NCBI GenBank assembly: GCA_963675595.2
Contig: CAXXLZ010000003.1
Location: forward strand, 64,001-128,000
Reading direction: 5' to 3'
Source of the DNA: Thermodesulfobacteriota bacterium
Lineage (GTDB): Bacteria > Desulfobacterota > Desulfarculia > JACQYL01
Length of the DNA stretch: 64,000 nt
Made by a program: the position numbers and the translations under genes. Below, piece by piece: positions 9,533-19,618 of this stretch; position 1 is the first letter of the stretch, and every line of letters begins with the position of its first letter. The notes below the pieces were generated by a model. The model saw only the letters and a program-made list of their open reading frames with translations, was not told where the DNA came from and did no database searches.

Positions 9533-9757
9533 AATTTCACCTCCCGATCTTCTCCACGCGGCTTGCGCACGTGTTCCGAAATAAGCCGCGCTTCCACACC
9601 CTACACCCATCCCCTGCATTACCGTTCGGTCATTTAGGATGCATTTTCGTCCGTTATGGTGACCTGAACCGAACCATCATCCTCGTAGTACATAAATAGA
9701 CCTGAAAATATCCGATTTGAATTCGCCGTGAGCAGATCGAGTCGGTTCCTCGGAAAC

Positions 9758-9790
9758 GTAACCGTCAGTTCACCGATTCGCTACAAACCT
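9758..9790 (+). promoter_or_regulatory. Possible Pho box
   Basis: GTAAC, TTCAC and GCTAC at 9758, 9769 and 9780 (11-bp period), upstream of alkaline phosphatase. Confidence 0.4.
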
Positions 9791-9921
9791 CCACTAAATT
9801 CACGCCCGTATTGAATGGACAATGCCTTGACCGGGCCGTGGAAAATGCTCTCCGGAAAGGCAAGCGTTGTACTCCGGCCTTTTCGGCCAAGAACAATGTC
9901 TTAGAGTGGAGGAAGGTATTT

Positions 9922-11433
9922 ATGAAAGTAAGAAAGAGTTATGTCACGTTTGCCGTCGCCGCCGTCTTGACGGTCGCCCTCATGGGCTTCGGCGTTTCCG
10001 CGGCTTCCGCCGCGCAACCCAAATACGTCTTCTTTTTCCTGGGAGACGGAATGGCGTCGGTGCAGTCCAACGTCGTGGAAGTCTACCTGGGATCCCTGAA
10101 CGACACCACGGAGACCCAATCCCGGAAGTTGTCCTTCTCCTCGTTTCCCTATGAAGGGCTTTGCACCACCTACGAGCAGTTTTCCTACATCACGGACTCC
10201 GCCTCCGCCGGCACTGCGTTCGCTTGCGGTCAGAAGACCAAAAGCGGCGTGATCTGTATGGACGCCACGGGAACGACCCCTTACACGAGCGTGGCCAAGA
10301 TCGCCAAGCAGAACGGTATGAAGGTCGGCATCGTGAGCAGCGTGTCCATCGACCACGCCACTCCCGCGGTCTACTACGCGAATCAGGCGTCCCGTAACGA
10401 TTACTACGACATCAGCGTGCAGCTGGCGACCAGCGACTTCGACTACTTCGGCGGCGGCGGACCCCGCTATCCCGATGGAAAGGCCGGCGACCAGGCGAAT
10501 ATTTTCGAGATGGCGGAGAGCAACGGTTTTCACGTGGTGGACACCAAAAGTGAATTCGATTCCCTCACGGCCGGTCAGTATGACAAGGTCTGGGCTTATG
10601 AAGAAAAACTCGCCGGGTCTTCGGCTCTGTACTACGAACTGGATCGCACCGCGGACATGCTGTCTCTGGCGGATTTCACCCGCAAGGGCATCGAACTGCT
10701 CAATAATTCCAACGGCTTCTTCATGATGGTGGAAGGCGGCAAGATCGACTGGGCCTGCCACGCCAACGATGCCAGGGCCACCATCGACGACACCCTGGCT
10801 TTCGACGACGCGGTGGAGGCGGCCATTGAGTTCTATAACGAACATCCCACGGAAACCTTGATCGTAGTCACGGGCGACCACGAAACCGGCGGTATGACCA
10901 TCGGCTTCGCGGGCACCAAGTACACGACTTCCTTTCAGATTCTGGCTCGACAGACCATGTCCTATGAAGAGTTCGACAAGGTCATCGATAGTTACGCGGA
11001 CGGCGGGTCGGTGGACGGTCTCATCAGCGCCATTTCCCAGGCCTACGGCCTCGTCTTCCTTACCGAATCCGAGAAGGCCTCTCTCGAAACCGCTTGCGAC
11101 GGCGGCGATCAGGAATCCTGCACGACCCTCAAGCTGGCCTTGGAGGATTGGGAAGTCAAGGCCCTGGTGGACGCCTACTGGATGAGCATGACGCCATCGA
11201 GCGACCGGCCGAGCGACACGCAGACCTACCTGCTGTACGGTGGGTACGAGCCGCTGAGCATGGCCATTTCCCACATCCTCAACAACAAGGCGGGCATCGC
11301 CTGGACGACCTACTCCCACACCGGCGTGCCCGTGCCCGTGTACGCCCAGGGCGCCTGCGCCGATACCTTCGGCGGCTTCTACGACAATACGGACATCTAC
11401 GGCAAGCTGCTCAGCTGCATGGGAATGATGTAA
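9922..11433 (+). CDS. phoA: Alkaline phosphatase (PhoA family), signal peptide
   Basis: FLGDGM, TDSASAGTA, HATPA, MVEGGKIDWACH, TGDHETGG, SHTG, DNTDI; signal peptide ending ASA-A. Confidence 0.93.
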   Translation: MKVRKSYVTFAVAAVLTVALMGFGVSAASAAQPKYVFFFLGDGMASVQSNVVEVYLGSLNDTTETQSRKLSFSSFPYEGLCTTYEQFSYITDSASAGTAFACGQKTKSGVICMDATGTTPYTSVAKIAKQNGMKVGIVSSVSIDHATPAVYYANQASRNDYYDISVQLATSDFDYFGGGGPRYPDGKAGDQANIFEMAESNGFHVVDTKSEFDSLTAGQYDKVWAYEEKLAGSSALYYELDRTADMLSLADFTRKGIELLNNSNGFFMMVEGGKIDWACHANDARATIDDTLAFDDAVEAAIEFYNEHPTETLIVVTGDHETGGMTIGFAGTKYTTSFQILARQTMSYEEFDKVIDSYADGGSVDGLISAISQAYGLVFLTESEKASLETACDGGDQESCTTLKLALEDWEVKALVDAYWMSMTPSSDRPSDTQTYLLYGGYEPLSMAISHILNNKAGIAWTTYSHTGVPVPVYAQGACADTFGGFYDNTDIYGKLLSCMGMM

Positions 11434-11457
11434 TCGTATCGAGACCACCGGTAGAAC

Positions 11458-11496
11458 GGGGCAAGCCCTTGCATGGGGCTTGCCCCGGCTTTTTTC
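11458..11496 (+). terminator. Rho-independent terminator
   Basis: GGGGCAAGCCC-loop-GGGCTTGCCCC stem followed by a T-run. Confidence 0.8.
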
Positions 11497-11515
11497 CAAT
11501 GGAGAAACCAAAGAT

Positions 11516-12685
11516 ATGCCCGAATCGAGGCTTCTGTTAAAGACGCGGCATTACCGTCATGCCGACGCGGTGCTTGTGATTTTTCTGCTCGCGGTTTGCG
11601 CGGGACTGTGGTTTGCACCCTCCGGCTTTGAAGAACGACTCCCCCGTGGGATCTACCTTGCCCGTGGAAGAATTCTTTCCGTGGACAACTCCGCCGTCCA
11701 GCGGGCGGCGCTGATCAAATACGGACATCAGACCCTGCAAGTGGAGCTGTTGGGAGGAAACGAAAAGGGGCTAACGGCCAATGCGTACAATCAGTTGACG
11801 GGAAAGCTTGAAATAGACCAGTTCTACGTGAAGGGGGACACCATCCTGGTGGAATATTCGCTCAAGGACGGCAAGGTGTGGTCCGCCGTGGCCCGGGGGC
11901 ATTATCGCCTCGGAGTCGAGACGTTGCTGCTGGTGCTGTTCGCCCTTCTGGTCATCGGGTTCGGCGGATGGACCGGACTGAAGGCCTTGGTCTCTTTCCT
12001 GTTTTCCGCGCTGATGATCTGGAAGGTGATGGTCCCGTGCTTTCTGAAGGGCTACGATCCAATCTATATCGGACTGGGGGTGGTGTTGGCCCTGACCGGG
12101 GCCATCTGTTTCCTGGTAGGGGGAATCAACCGCAAAGGCGCGGCAACCTTCCTCGGGTCGGCCATGGGACTGGGTATGACCTGCATCCTGGCCGGCGTAT
12201 TCATAGACCTCTTCCGCATCCATGGGGCCGTGCGTCCCTTCGCCGAACTTCTGCTCTATTCCGGTTTTCCTCATCTGGACCTTACCAAGATATTCCTGGC
12301 GGCCATATTTACCGCTTGTTCGGGGGCCGTCATGGATCTATCCATGGACATTTCGGCGGCCATGCATGAGGTCATCCTAAGCAAGCCCGGGATCTCCTTG
12401 AGGGCGCATATCGCGTCGGGCATGTCCGTGGGGCGAGCGGTCATCGGGACCATGACCACCACTTTGCTCCTCGCCTATTCCGGGAGTTACATAACCATGC
12501 TGATGGTGTTCATGGGACGCGGCGTTCCCATGGGAAACATGTTCAACCTGAACGTGGTCTCTGCGGAGGTGTTGAACACCGTGGTGGGGAGTTTCGGATT
12601 GGTCACCGTAGCGCCGTTTACCGCGTTGGTCGCGGGTTTGCTGTATCGAGGATACAAACCGGAAGGCCCTGCAACCGCCGAGTGA
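11516..12685 (+). CDS. YibE/F family membrane protein
   Basis: N-terminal beta region followed by many TM helices; GAVMDLSMDISAAMHE and GTMTTTLLLAYSG motifs. Confidence 0.88.
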   Translation: MPESRLLLKTRHYRHADAVLVIFLLAVCAGLWFAPSGFEERLPRGIYLARGRILSVDNSAVQRAALIKYGHQTLQVELLGGNEKGLTANAYNQLTGKLEIDQFYVKGDTILVEYSLKDGKVWSAVARGHYRLGVETLLLVLFALLVIGFGGWTGLKALVSFLFSALMIWKVMVPCFLKGYDPIYIGLGVVLALTGAICFLVGGINRKGAATFLGSAMGLGMTCILAGVFIDLFRIHGAVRPFAELLLYSGFPHLDLTKIFLAAIFTACSGAVMDLSMDISAAMHEVILSKPGISLRAHIASGMSVGRAVIGTMTTTLLLAYSGSYITMLMVFMGRGVPMGNMFNLNVVSAEVLNTVVGSFGLVTVAPFTALVAGLLYRGYKPEGPATAE

Positions 12686-12822
12686 GTCGACTTCAGGACC
12701 GAGGCGCGCGCATTGACATTCGTGTCAGGCCTTGAACATAATGGCACGCGGACCCCGGAGGATGGTGTCGGGTCCGCCTCGAAGGTCCGGACAAACCACT
12801 TCTATACAAGCCGGAGGTCCCC

Positions 12823-13323
12823 ATGCGGGTGGCGATTATGTCCGACAGCCACGATCATATCTGGAACCTGAGACAAGCCCTTTGCCTCGCGGCGCGAGAC
12901 GGCGCTCAAGCCGTGGTACATTGCGGAGATCTGGTGGCGCCGTTCATGTTGAAGGAACTCGGGCTTTTCCAGGGAGAAGTCCACTTGGTTTTCGGCAACA
13001 ATGACGGCGACCGTTTCATGTTGGCGAAGACTGCCATGACTCAACTGTCCAATGTGACCATTCACGGAGAGATGGGCAGGGTGAGCCTGGAAGACGCGAG
13101 GATCTGTTTTGCTCATGAGAGGGAGCGCGTTTGGGGAATGCTCGAGGAGGAACCCTGGGATCTGGCCTGCTTCGGACACACCCATGAGGAATTCCTGAAA
13201 CGGAGCGGGTCCACCAGGATTCTCAACCCCGGGGAAGTCATGGGGAAGGGTGGTGACGCGACCTTCTATCTATATAACACCCTGAGCCGGGAACTGGAGC
13301 GCGTGCCGATCGTCTCCCCGTAG
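12823..13323 (+). CDS. YfcE/MJ0936-type metallophosphoesterase
   Basis: SDSH, HCGD, GNND, FGHTH and NPG motifs. TTGACA-N18-CATAAT at 12714-12743. Confidence 0.9.
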   Translation: MRVAIMSDSHDHIWNLRQALCLAARDGAQAVVHCGDLVAPFMLKELGLFQGEVHLVFGNNDGDRFMLAKTAMTQLSNVTIHGEMGRVSLEDARICFAHERERVWGMLEEEPWDLACFGHTHEEFLKRSGSTRILNPGEVMGKGGDATFYLYNTLSRELERVPIVSP

Positions 13324-13379
13324 GCATGCCGGTGCCCCGGCGTTCTTCCATGGAGAAGAGCCTCGGCGAGGAGAAGGGA

Positions 13380-15422
13380 TCAACCCACGGCGCGTTGCTT
13401 GTTCTTCAGGTAGTCCACGATCACCATTTGCGCCAGGTCTTCGGATGCGGCGAACAATGCCTTTCCTTTGTTCTCTTTACCCAAAGCGGACACGAATTGT
13501 TGCATCCCTTCGTCTTCGGAGAGCATAAACGTGGTGATGCGAATTCCTTCTTTGGTGCAGCGAGCCGCTTCCTTCAAGGTCTCCGAGAGGATCATGGGGG
13601 TGGCTTCGGATTCCAGGAATACGGTGCCGTCCATCTCGCACGCCGTGGGCTCGGCGTCCGTGATCAGGAAGATTCGTTTTTCCAGATGCGGCTGTCGACT
13701 CAGTATCCGACGGCAAAGCCGCAATCCTTCCTGGAGGTTGGTGAAGTCGCTCAGGAAATCCGGTCCTCCCTCGCGTTCCTGGGTTCGCAGGGCTTCCATG
13801 GAGATCGTTTTGGGAAAAGGAAGCGGGTTGTAAGGCATGGTTCGGGCGGTGAGCAACTCTTCCGGTTTGAGGATGCGGGCCAGGGAGTAGAATCCCACAA
13901 TGTGGAGGCGATCGCCTCGGAACTTCCTTCGGAGGAGTTCCTGAAGGTTCATGGCCACATTTTTGGCTTGAGGCAGGCGCTCATCCATGGAGCTGCTCAA
14001 GTCGATCAGGAGCACGGAGGCGGTCAAAGAATCGTATTCCGGTTCATAAACGCGGAAATCTTCCGTGCCGATCCTTACGGATCGACCCTTTCCATTTTTC
14101 CGACCGAGGGCGGACAGAATGGTGGCGGATGGGTCGAGATTCCAGGGATCGCCGTATGCATACTTTTTCGAGCTTCCGGAAAGGCTGTGCAGGGCGCGTG
14201 ACCTGTGCCGTGTTTTTTGCATCCCTCGGGGCAGGTTCATGCCGCATATCAGGTCCAGGAAACTCAACTCCCGAATTCTCCGTACGGCCTTGCCCGTGAG
14301 ATTCATGCGCTCCTGCTCGACCTGCAGGTAGCCCGCCTGAACCAGTACGTCCACGAGCCGCTGAAGGTTGTCCAGAGAAGCTTCGGCCAGTTCTCCCAGC
14401 AGCTCGCCCACCAAGTCTCGATTGACCTGATCGAGATCACCCAGGATATGGGCGCGTGTAAGGGAGTCTTCGAGCATCTCCAGTTTCCTCAATTTGAGCG
14501 CAACCTGAAAAGCGGCGTCAAGGGTGAGCGGTTGAGAGCCCGTGAATTCATAGGCTTTTACATGGGTCAAAGGGCTGATCCGGTCGAATCTCTCGAAGAG
14601 GCGTCGGAGGGATTGTCGGAGGGCTTCCGAGGATTCCGGGGGCTCCACCGATTCCAACGCCAGCCGTACTTGGAAGGGGAGGCTCGCCATGAGCGTCTTC
14701 ACTGCGGCCCGCTCCATTTGAACCGTATGGACGAAGGGGATGACCCCTTTGTCTATGGCAAGAACGCCCGGGAACTCGGCCAGGAAGGCCAAGAGGGCTT
14801 CAGTGCGGGCGTCTCCCCGAAGGTCCAGAACCTCGGCGAAGGAGTCGAGCGCAGGTATCGGGACCGGATCATGGTCGATATTGCTCTCGTGGAGAAGGAA
14901 TCGGATGCCTGAAAGTTTGCGCCACACCTCCTTTCCCCAGCGGAGGAGCGCGGCGCGGGCCTCGTTGTCGTCGTCCACGGCGGCGATCCGTCGCAGCTCG
15001 GACCCCGGATCATCGGGAAACCCGCTGAGAATTCCGTTCTTCATGGGGGGCTTTGCGCCATCGCCGTGTTCTTGAGAACCGGAGGGATTGTCGCCGCCCG
15101 AGTCCGTTGTCGGCCCGGAACTCGGATTTTGCGATGCATAGAAGAGTTCAAATCGCCTGCGGACCTGGTCGAGTACCCTGTCTATGCGATATGTGGCCAG
15201 CAAACCCTCGCGGAACCGACGGACCTGCTCGAGCATGCGGGAGAGACCGTCCACCCGTTGCTCCTCGTCGAGAAAACCATCCCACTTGATCTTCTCGAAG
15301 GCGGTTTCCAGCTTGTAGTTCTCCGTCAGCTTCCGTGAGAGCGCTTTAAGCAGACTGTCCGTGTCCGGCCCTGCCTTGTTCTTCTTGCCGTCTTCTGCTC
15401 GAAAGTAACGATAAACGGGCAT
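13380..15422 (-). CDS. VWA (MIDAS) domain protein of the chelatase/MoxR-partner type (Rv0959-like)
   Basis: C-terminal VWA LLIDLSSSM, TNLQEGL, FLITDAEPTA; KYAYGDPWNLD linker. Start placed at ATG 15422 (MPVYRY). Confidence 0.85.
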   Translation of the reverse strand: MPVYRYFRAEDGKKNKAGPDTDSLLKALSRKLTENYKLETAFEKIKWDGFLDEEQRVDGLSRMLEQVRRFREGLLATYRIDRVLDQVRRRFELFYASQNPSSGPTTDSGGDNPSGSQEHGDGAKPPMKNGILSGFPDDPGSELRRIAAVDDDNEARAALLRWGKEVWRKLSGIRFLLHESNIDHDPVPIPALDSFAEVLDLRGDARTEALLAFLAEFPGVLAIDKGVIPFVHTVQMERAAVKTLMASLPFQVRLALESVEPPESSEALRQSLRRLFERFDRISPLTHVKAYEFTGSQPLTLDAAFQVALKLRKLEMLEDSLTRAHILGDLDQVNRDLVGELLGELAEASLDNLQRLVDVLVQAGYLQVEQERMNLTGKAVRRIRELSFLDLICGMNLPRGMQKTRHRSRALHSLSGSSKKYAYGDPWNLDPSATILSALGRKNGKGRSVRIGTEDFRVYEPEYDSLTASVLLIDLSSSMDERLPQAKNVAMNLQELLRRKFRGDRLHIVGFYSLARILKPEELLTARTMPYNPLPFPKTISMEALRTQEREGGPDFLSDFTNLQEGLRLCRRILSRQPHLEKRIFLITDAEPTACEMDGTVFLESEATPMILSETLKEAARCTKEGIRITTFMLSEDEGMQQFVSALGKENKGKALFAASEDLAQMVIVDYLKNKQRAVG

Positions 15423-15520
15423 GGTTTCGTACTCTGATTGGTCAATGTTGAGGGTGATTTTTCCCGGTGACCGAACACCGCCGGAGGGGCTTTTACCCGA
15501 TTCTCCGGCGTGGCACAGGG

Positions 15521-15868
15521 TCAAGGCACGGAAACCGTGATGGAGGCTACGGCGACCATCACGTGATCTCTGGTTCCGTTTCTTCTCAGGCTGCCCTCTT
15601 CCAGAAGGCCCCCCTGGACAACCTGAATCTCCTTTGAACCGAACGGGATGGTTTTGAGCACCTCTTCCTGATTCACCTCTTCCGGAAGCGGGATCCCGAT
15701 CTTCACTTTCACTTTCATGTCGGCAATATCCTGAAGAAGGCCGCATTCGAAAAGACCCAGCATGGAACAGCGCTGAATCGCGTCCTTCACGGCGCGAATC
15801 GCGCATCTTGTAGCTTCCGGTTTGTGCAGGTCGGTGCCCATGCCCAATTCGATCAGGTAATTACGCAT
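15521..15868 (-). CDS. Lin0512 family protein
   Basis: YLIELGMGTDLH...TRCAIRAVKDAI...IPFG...GGL pattern, 115 aa. Confidence 0.85.
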   Translation of the reverse strand: MRNYLIELGMGTDLHKPEATRCAIRAVKDAIQRCSMLGLFECGLLQDIADMKVKVKIGIPLPEEVNQEEVLKTIPFGSKEIQVVQGGLLEEGSLRRNGTRDHVMVAVASITVSVP

Positions 15869-15910
15869 CGAAAATCTCCTTTGGAGGCGTTACATGAGTC
15901 TTGAGGTTCG

Positions 15911-15942
15911 GAGGCAAGGCGGGCCTGCGCGCCTCGCCTCCC
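15911..15942. terminator. GC-rich hairpin downstream of the hydrolase
   Basis: GGAGGCAAGGCG...CGCCTCGCCTCC stem; no clear U-tract. Confidence 0.4.
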
Positions 15943-15956
15943 GTTGATGATCAGGA

Positions 15957-16856
15957 CTATAGGTGTTTCAGGAACCAGTCTCGTTGGGCCGGGCTCGAAA
16001 TCTCAAAGGCGCGCCCGACGTAGGCTTCGAAATGGCCCCCGGGAAGCAGGAGAATCTTTTTGGGTTCGAGTGCCTGTTCGAACGCCTCGCAGGTAATCTC
16101 CGCGGGGACGAGCGTGTCGCCCAAAGCCACCACCAGCATGAAAGGCGTGGGACAGATGTTTCGAATGTACCAGCCGGGTTCGTATTCCGCAAAGAGCTCC
16201 ACGGACTGCAGAGTGATCGAGTTGCGCCAGGAGGGCGCGAGAGTCTTGCAGGTTTCCAGAAAGAACTGCCTGGAATCGTCCGTGGGCAAGGCACAGGGGT
16301 CCCCCGGCTGTTCTCCGACCACGGGAATCATGGCCGGAGGATTTCCCGCGTATCGGGAGGCTCGATCCGCATCGAAGCCTGCTCGAACTGCGGGAAACAA
16401 ATCGGAGCGAATCAGTCTTTTGGCGTTCCTGAGTCCGCTGACCAAAGGCACCTGGGAAACCACGCACTTAACCCGCCGGTCGATGGCTCCGACCACGATC
16501 ACGTGGCCGCCGCTGTAACTGGAACCCCAAATGCCGATTCGATTTTCGTCGACTTCGTCCATGGAGGATGCAAAGGTAATCGCATCTCTGTAGTCGGAAA
16601 TCTGCTTCCATGGATCGATGTGACCTCTGGGCTCACCGTCGCTTTCTCCGAGATTCCGGTTGTCATAAACCAGTGCGTTCAGGCCCGCCTTGGCAAATAC
16701 CTCCGCAAACTTGTCCAGATACATTTCTTTAGTGGCGGAGAATCCGTGGGCCATGACAACGGTCGGTGCCGCGCCCGTCGCTCCTTCGCCTGGATAAAAC
16801 CAACCCCTTAACGTCACGCCGTCCTCGGTTTTAAAGTTGATGTCCCTTCGCATCAT
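15957..16856 (-). CDS. Alpha/beta hydrolase (esterase/thioesterase-like)
   Basis: VVMAHGF, YDNRNLGESDG, nucleophile elbow WGSSYSGG, D-TLVP, GGHF. Confidence 0.9.
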   Translation of the reverse strand: MMRRDINFKTEDGVTLRGWFYPGEGATGAAPTVVMAHGFSATKEMYLDKFAEVFAKAGLNALVYDNRNLGESDGEPRGHIDPWKQISDYRDAITFASSMDEVDENRIGIWGSSYSGGHVIVVGAIDRRVKCVVSQVPLVSGLRNAKRLIRSDLFPAVRAGFDADRASRYAGNPPAMIPVVGEQPGDPCALPTDDSRQFFLETCKTLAPSWRNSITLQSVELFAEYEPGWYIRNICPTPFMLVVALGDTLVPAEITCEAFEQALEPKKILLLPGGHFEAYVGRAFEISSPAQRDWFLKHL

Positions 16857-17109
16857 CCCGGCTCCTTATGATGAAGAGTTGATGCCGCATTCCCCGTATG
16901 GCGATTTCCATCGGGGAATGTCACGCTTTGGGATCGATAGACCCATGAACCGTACAGGGTCGGGCCGGATAGATGAAGCCTTTGACGGTCGGCGGGGGTT
17001 TGAAACACTGCATCAGGTTCACGGACGTACCACGGATTCTGTCCATCGAGGACCGGCTCTCAACGATGGAGCCCGTGGTTTCGATGTGCCGTTCCGGCGT
17101 TGCCGGCTT

Positions 17110-18318
17110 CTACGCGATCACGTCTTCTTCCGCCAAAGAGTTCAGCTCGACGTCGGACATTCCCAGAACGAGCCGGAGGATTTCCGCGGTACTTTCACCC
17201 AGGAGAGGAGAACATGCGACCGGAGGAGCCGCGTTGTCCACTCGGATGGGAGAGCCCAAAACGGTCAGGCGTCCCCAGTCCGGATGGTCGATTTCCTGGA
17301 GAAATCCTCCGGCGCGTACGTGTTCGTTTCGAGCGATTTCCGTCGAATCCAAAACGGCTCCGCAGGGGATATTCTCAGCCGCGAGGGTTTCCATAACCTC
17401 GAACTTGTCCCGGGCGGCGACCCAGGCTCCGATCTTGCGGTCGATTTCCTCGCGGTGGTCAATGCGTTCTTCAATGGAAGGGATTTTTCGGCCCTCGTCG
17501 TTGGAGTCGGCTTCGATGATTTCCATCAATCTGCTGAAGGCGTGGTTGGAAATGGCGCAGATGGCGACATAGCCGTTTCGAGCTTGGTACAAATCCCAGG
17601 GAGTGACGTCCCGGAGTTGGTTACCCAGGCGCGGAGCCGGGCTCCCGTAGGCAATATGGGTTCCCAACAGAGATCGTCCCAGGTTGATGGCGGCTTCTTG
17701 AAGGGTGACCTCTACTTTTCCTCCTCGACCCGTGCAGGTGCGCCGATAGAGGGCCGCCGCTATGCCCAGTGCCAGGTAAGCGCCGCCGGAGGCATCCGCT
17801 ACGGTAGCCCCACAGCGGAGAGGCAACCCGCCTTCTTCTCCCGTAAGGCTCATGATGCCTCCCATGGCCTGGGCGGTCATGTCCAGGGACGGAAAGTGCG
17901 CATACGGACCTGTGGTCCCGTATCCGCTGACGGAGGCCAAGATCAATTTCGGGTACTTCTCCAAGAGAGACGGATCGTCCAGGGACAATTGCGAGCGCCT
18001 CCGGGAACCCACATTCTCGACCAGCACATCCGTTTGATCCAGCAAACGATGAAAGACCGCCCGGCCTCGCTCGCCGTCCAGATCGAGAGCCACGCTCTTC
18101 TTGTTCAAGTTCATCAAAACGAAATAGAGATCTTCCTTATTGCCCTTGTTGTGGAAGAGTCGCCGTCTCGCTCCGCCGTGCTTGGGACTCTCCACTTTGA
18201 TCACCTCCGCTCCGAGCAAAGCCAGAAGCAGGGTGCAGGTGGGTCCCGCCTCATACTGCGATAGGTCGAGAATGCGAACTCCCGAGAGGAGACTCTGTTG
18301 GGGAATGGTTTGGGACAA
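17110..18318 (-). CDS. Family III CoA transferase (CaiB/BaiF; formyl-CoA transferase-like)
   Basis: DLSQYEAGPTCT..LGAEVIKVE, LYFVLMNLNKKS, SVSGYGTTGPY, catalytic Asp in GATVADASGG, PLLGEST. Confidence 0.9.
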   Translation of the reverse strand: MSQTIPQQSLLSGVRILDLSQYEAGPTCTLLLALLGAEVIKVESPKHGGARRRLFHNKGNKEDLYFVLMNLNKKSVALDLDGERGRAVFHRLLDQTDVLVENVGSRRRSQLSLDDPSLLEKYPKLILASVSGYGTTGPYAHFPSLDMTAQAMGGIMSLTGEEGGLPLRCGATVADASGGAYLALGIAAALYRRTCTGRGGKVEVTLQEAAINLGRSLLGTHIAYGSPAPRLGNQLRDVTPWDLYQARNGYVAICAISNHAFSRLMEIIEADSNDEGRKIPSIEERIDHREEIDRKIGAWVAARDKFEVMETLAAENIPCGAVLDSTEIARNEHVRAGGFLQEIDHPDWGRLTVLGSPIRVDNAAPPVACSPLLGESTAEILRLVLGMSDVELNSLAEEDVIA

Positions 18319-18346
18319 GAGCCGCTCCTTTCAAGGGACGAGCATA

Positions 18347-19195
18347 TCACGTCATCACGAGGCCGCCTGAGACACTGATGGTCTGCCCGGTGATGTAAGC
18401 CCCCAAGTCGGAGGCCAGGTAGGCGATCATAAGGGCCAGTTCTTCGGGCTCGCTGTAACGACGCAACGGAACCAATTTCAGAGTCTTATCGAGCTTGGTG
18501 ATGGCGTCCTTGCTGGAGCTTTTTAGGTCATCGATTTCCTGGACTCCGATGGAAACACAATTGCAGGTGATTTTGTATCGAGCCAATTCTTGGGCCAAGG
18601 AACGGGTGAACGAACTCACCGCGGCTTTGAGCGCTCCATACAGGGACATTCTGGGAACCCCGATCCGAGCGGTGTCGGATACCATGTGGATGATCCGACC
18701 GAATTCTCGTTCCTTCATGAAAGGAATCACCGACTGGGACCAGATCAACACGCTTTCGAGTACGTTTCGGTATTGAGCCTCCCATTCGGAACGTTCTTGC
18801 TCTTCGAAGGGCTTGAGATGATACATGAATTCGAGCAAGCCAAGGTCCGTGGCCAGGGCGTCGATTCGGCCCTCCCGTTCCATGACCCCCTGAAGAAAAT
18901 TCCGTATGGACGTGGCGTCCGAGTAATCTAGTACTTGCGTGTGGAGCCGGGGACCGAATAGTTCCTCACATTCCCTCGAGACGATATCGATCACCTTGGG
19001 GTTGGTATCCACTGCATAAACCACGGCCTCCTCGGCCATCAATATCTGGCAAAGCTCACTGGGGATGCATTTGCCGGACTTGTGGGATACAACCACCACC
19101 ACTCGGTCTTTGAGACCGTTGTTTCTCAGCGTCAGGAATTGTTCCTCGGCCTGTCGTCTGCTTTGCGGGGTGTCCAGGTTGCAACGAGATGTCAT
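18347..19195 (-). CDS. Short-chain dehydrogenase/reductase with atypical cofactor motif
   Basis: GRIIHMVSD, YGALK (YxxxK), RSLAQELA, YITGQTISVSGG. The N-terminal TGxxxGIG is replaced by SHKSGKCI. Confidence 0.85.
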   Translation of the reverse strand: MTSRCNLDTPQSRRQAEEQFLTLRNNGLKDRVVVVVSHKSGKCIPSELCQILMAEEAVVYAVDTNPKVIDIVSRECEELFGPRLHTQVLDYSDATSIRNFLQGVMEREGRIDALATDLGLLEFMYHLKPFEEQERSEWEAQYRNVLESVLIWSQSVIPFMKEREFGRIIHMVSDTARIGVPRMSLYGALKAAVSSFTRSLAQELARYKITCNCVSIGVQEIDDLKSSSKDAITKLDKTLKLVPLRRYSEPEELALMIAYLASDLGAYITGQTISVSGGLVMT

Positions 19196-19415
19196 TTTTC
19201 CTCCCTAGGGACCGCGTAGAACATGATTTTGTAAATCCACCCGAATCCATAGGGTACGTGATTTTTGATGCAGGATCGAGTCATCGGTTTCTTACTCCGG
19301 TTCGGCGGTTTCATTCGGGTCACCGCCGGGTGAAACGAATGGTGAAATGTTCGGATATTCTGAACGAACCGTTCAAGTGGAACGTGGCGGTGTCACAAAC
19401 CATCCCCGTAGACAA

Positions 19416-19431
19416 AGCAACATCCATGCCA
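19416..19431 (-). promoter_or_regulatory. sigma54 promoter of the leftward operon
   Basis: Minus strand reads TGGCAT-GGATG-TTGCT, a near-consensus -24/-12 element. Confidence 0.8.
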
Positions 19432-19513
19432 CCTGCCGGTAGGATGTGACGCGTCTCGTCCTATAGTAACCGGGTCCCGTTTCTTTCGTTGGAGTTCGGC
19501 TATTCCTTGAAAC

Positions 19514-19529
19514 TGGTATGCTTCTTGAA
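19514..19529 (+). promoter_or_regulatory. Possible sigma54 promoter of the kinase/regulator pair
   Basis: TGGTAT-GCTTC-TTGAA (GA rather than GC at -12). Confidence 0.5.
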
Positions 19530-19618
19530 CTACCATTCCGACAGGTTTCCTATGAGCCGAGAATGTGGCAAGGGTGATTCAGGCAGGTCCGCTTAGACGG
19601 GGCGCGAGGAGAGAGGAC

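Noticed and set aside
9901-11511. 536-aa minus-strand ORF
   Set aside because: Antisense shadow of alkaline phosphatase, typical of GC-rich codon bias; no motifs.
15423-15806. N-terminal 128 aa of the 808-aa ORF
   Set aside because: Overlaps the Lin0512 gene in another frame and is low-complexity; the VWA protein more plausibly starts at ATG 15422.
16837-18264. 475-aa plus-strand ORF
   Set aside because: Antisense to the CoA transferase; no recognisable domain.
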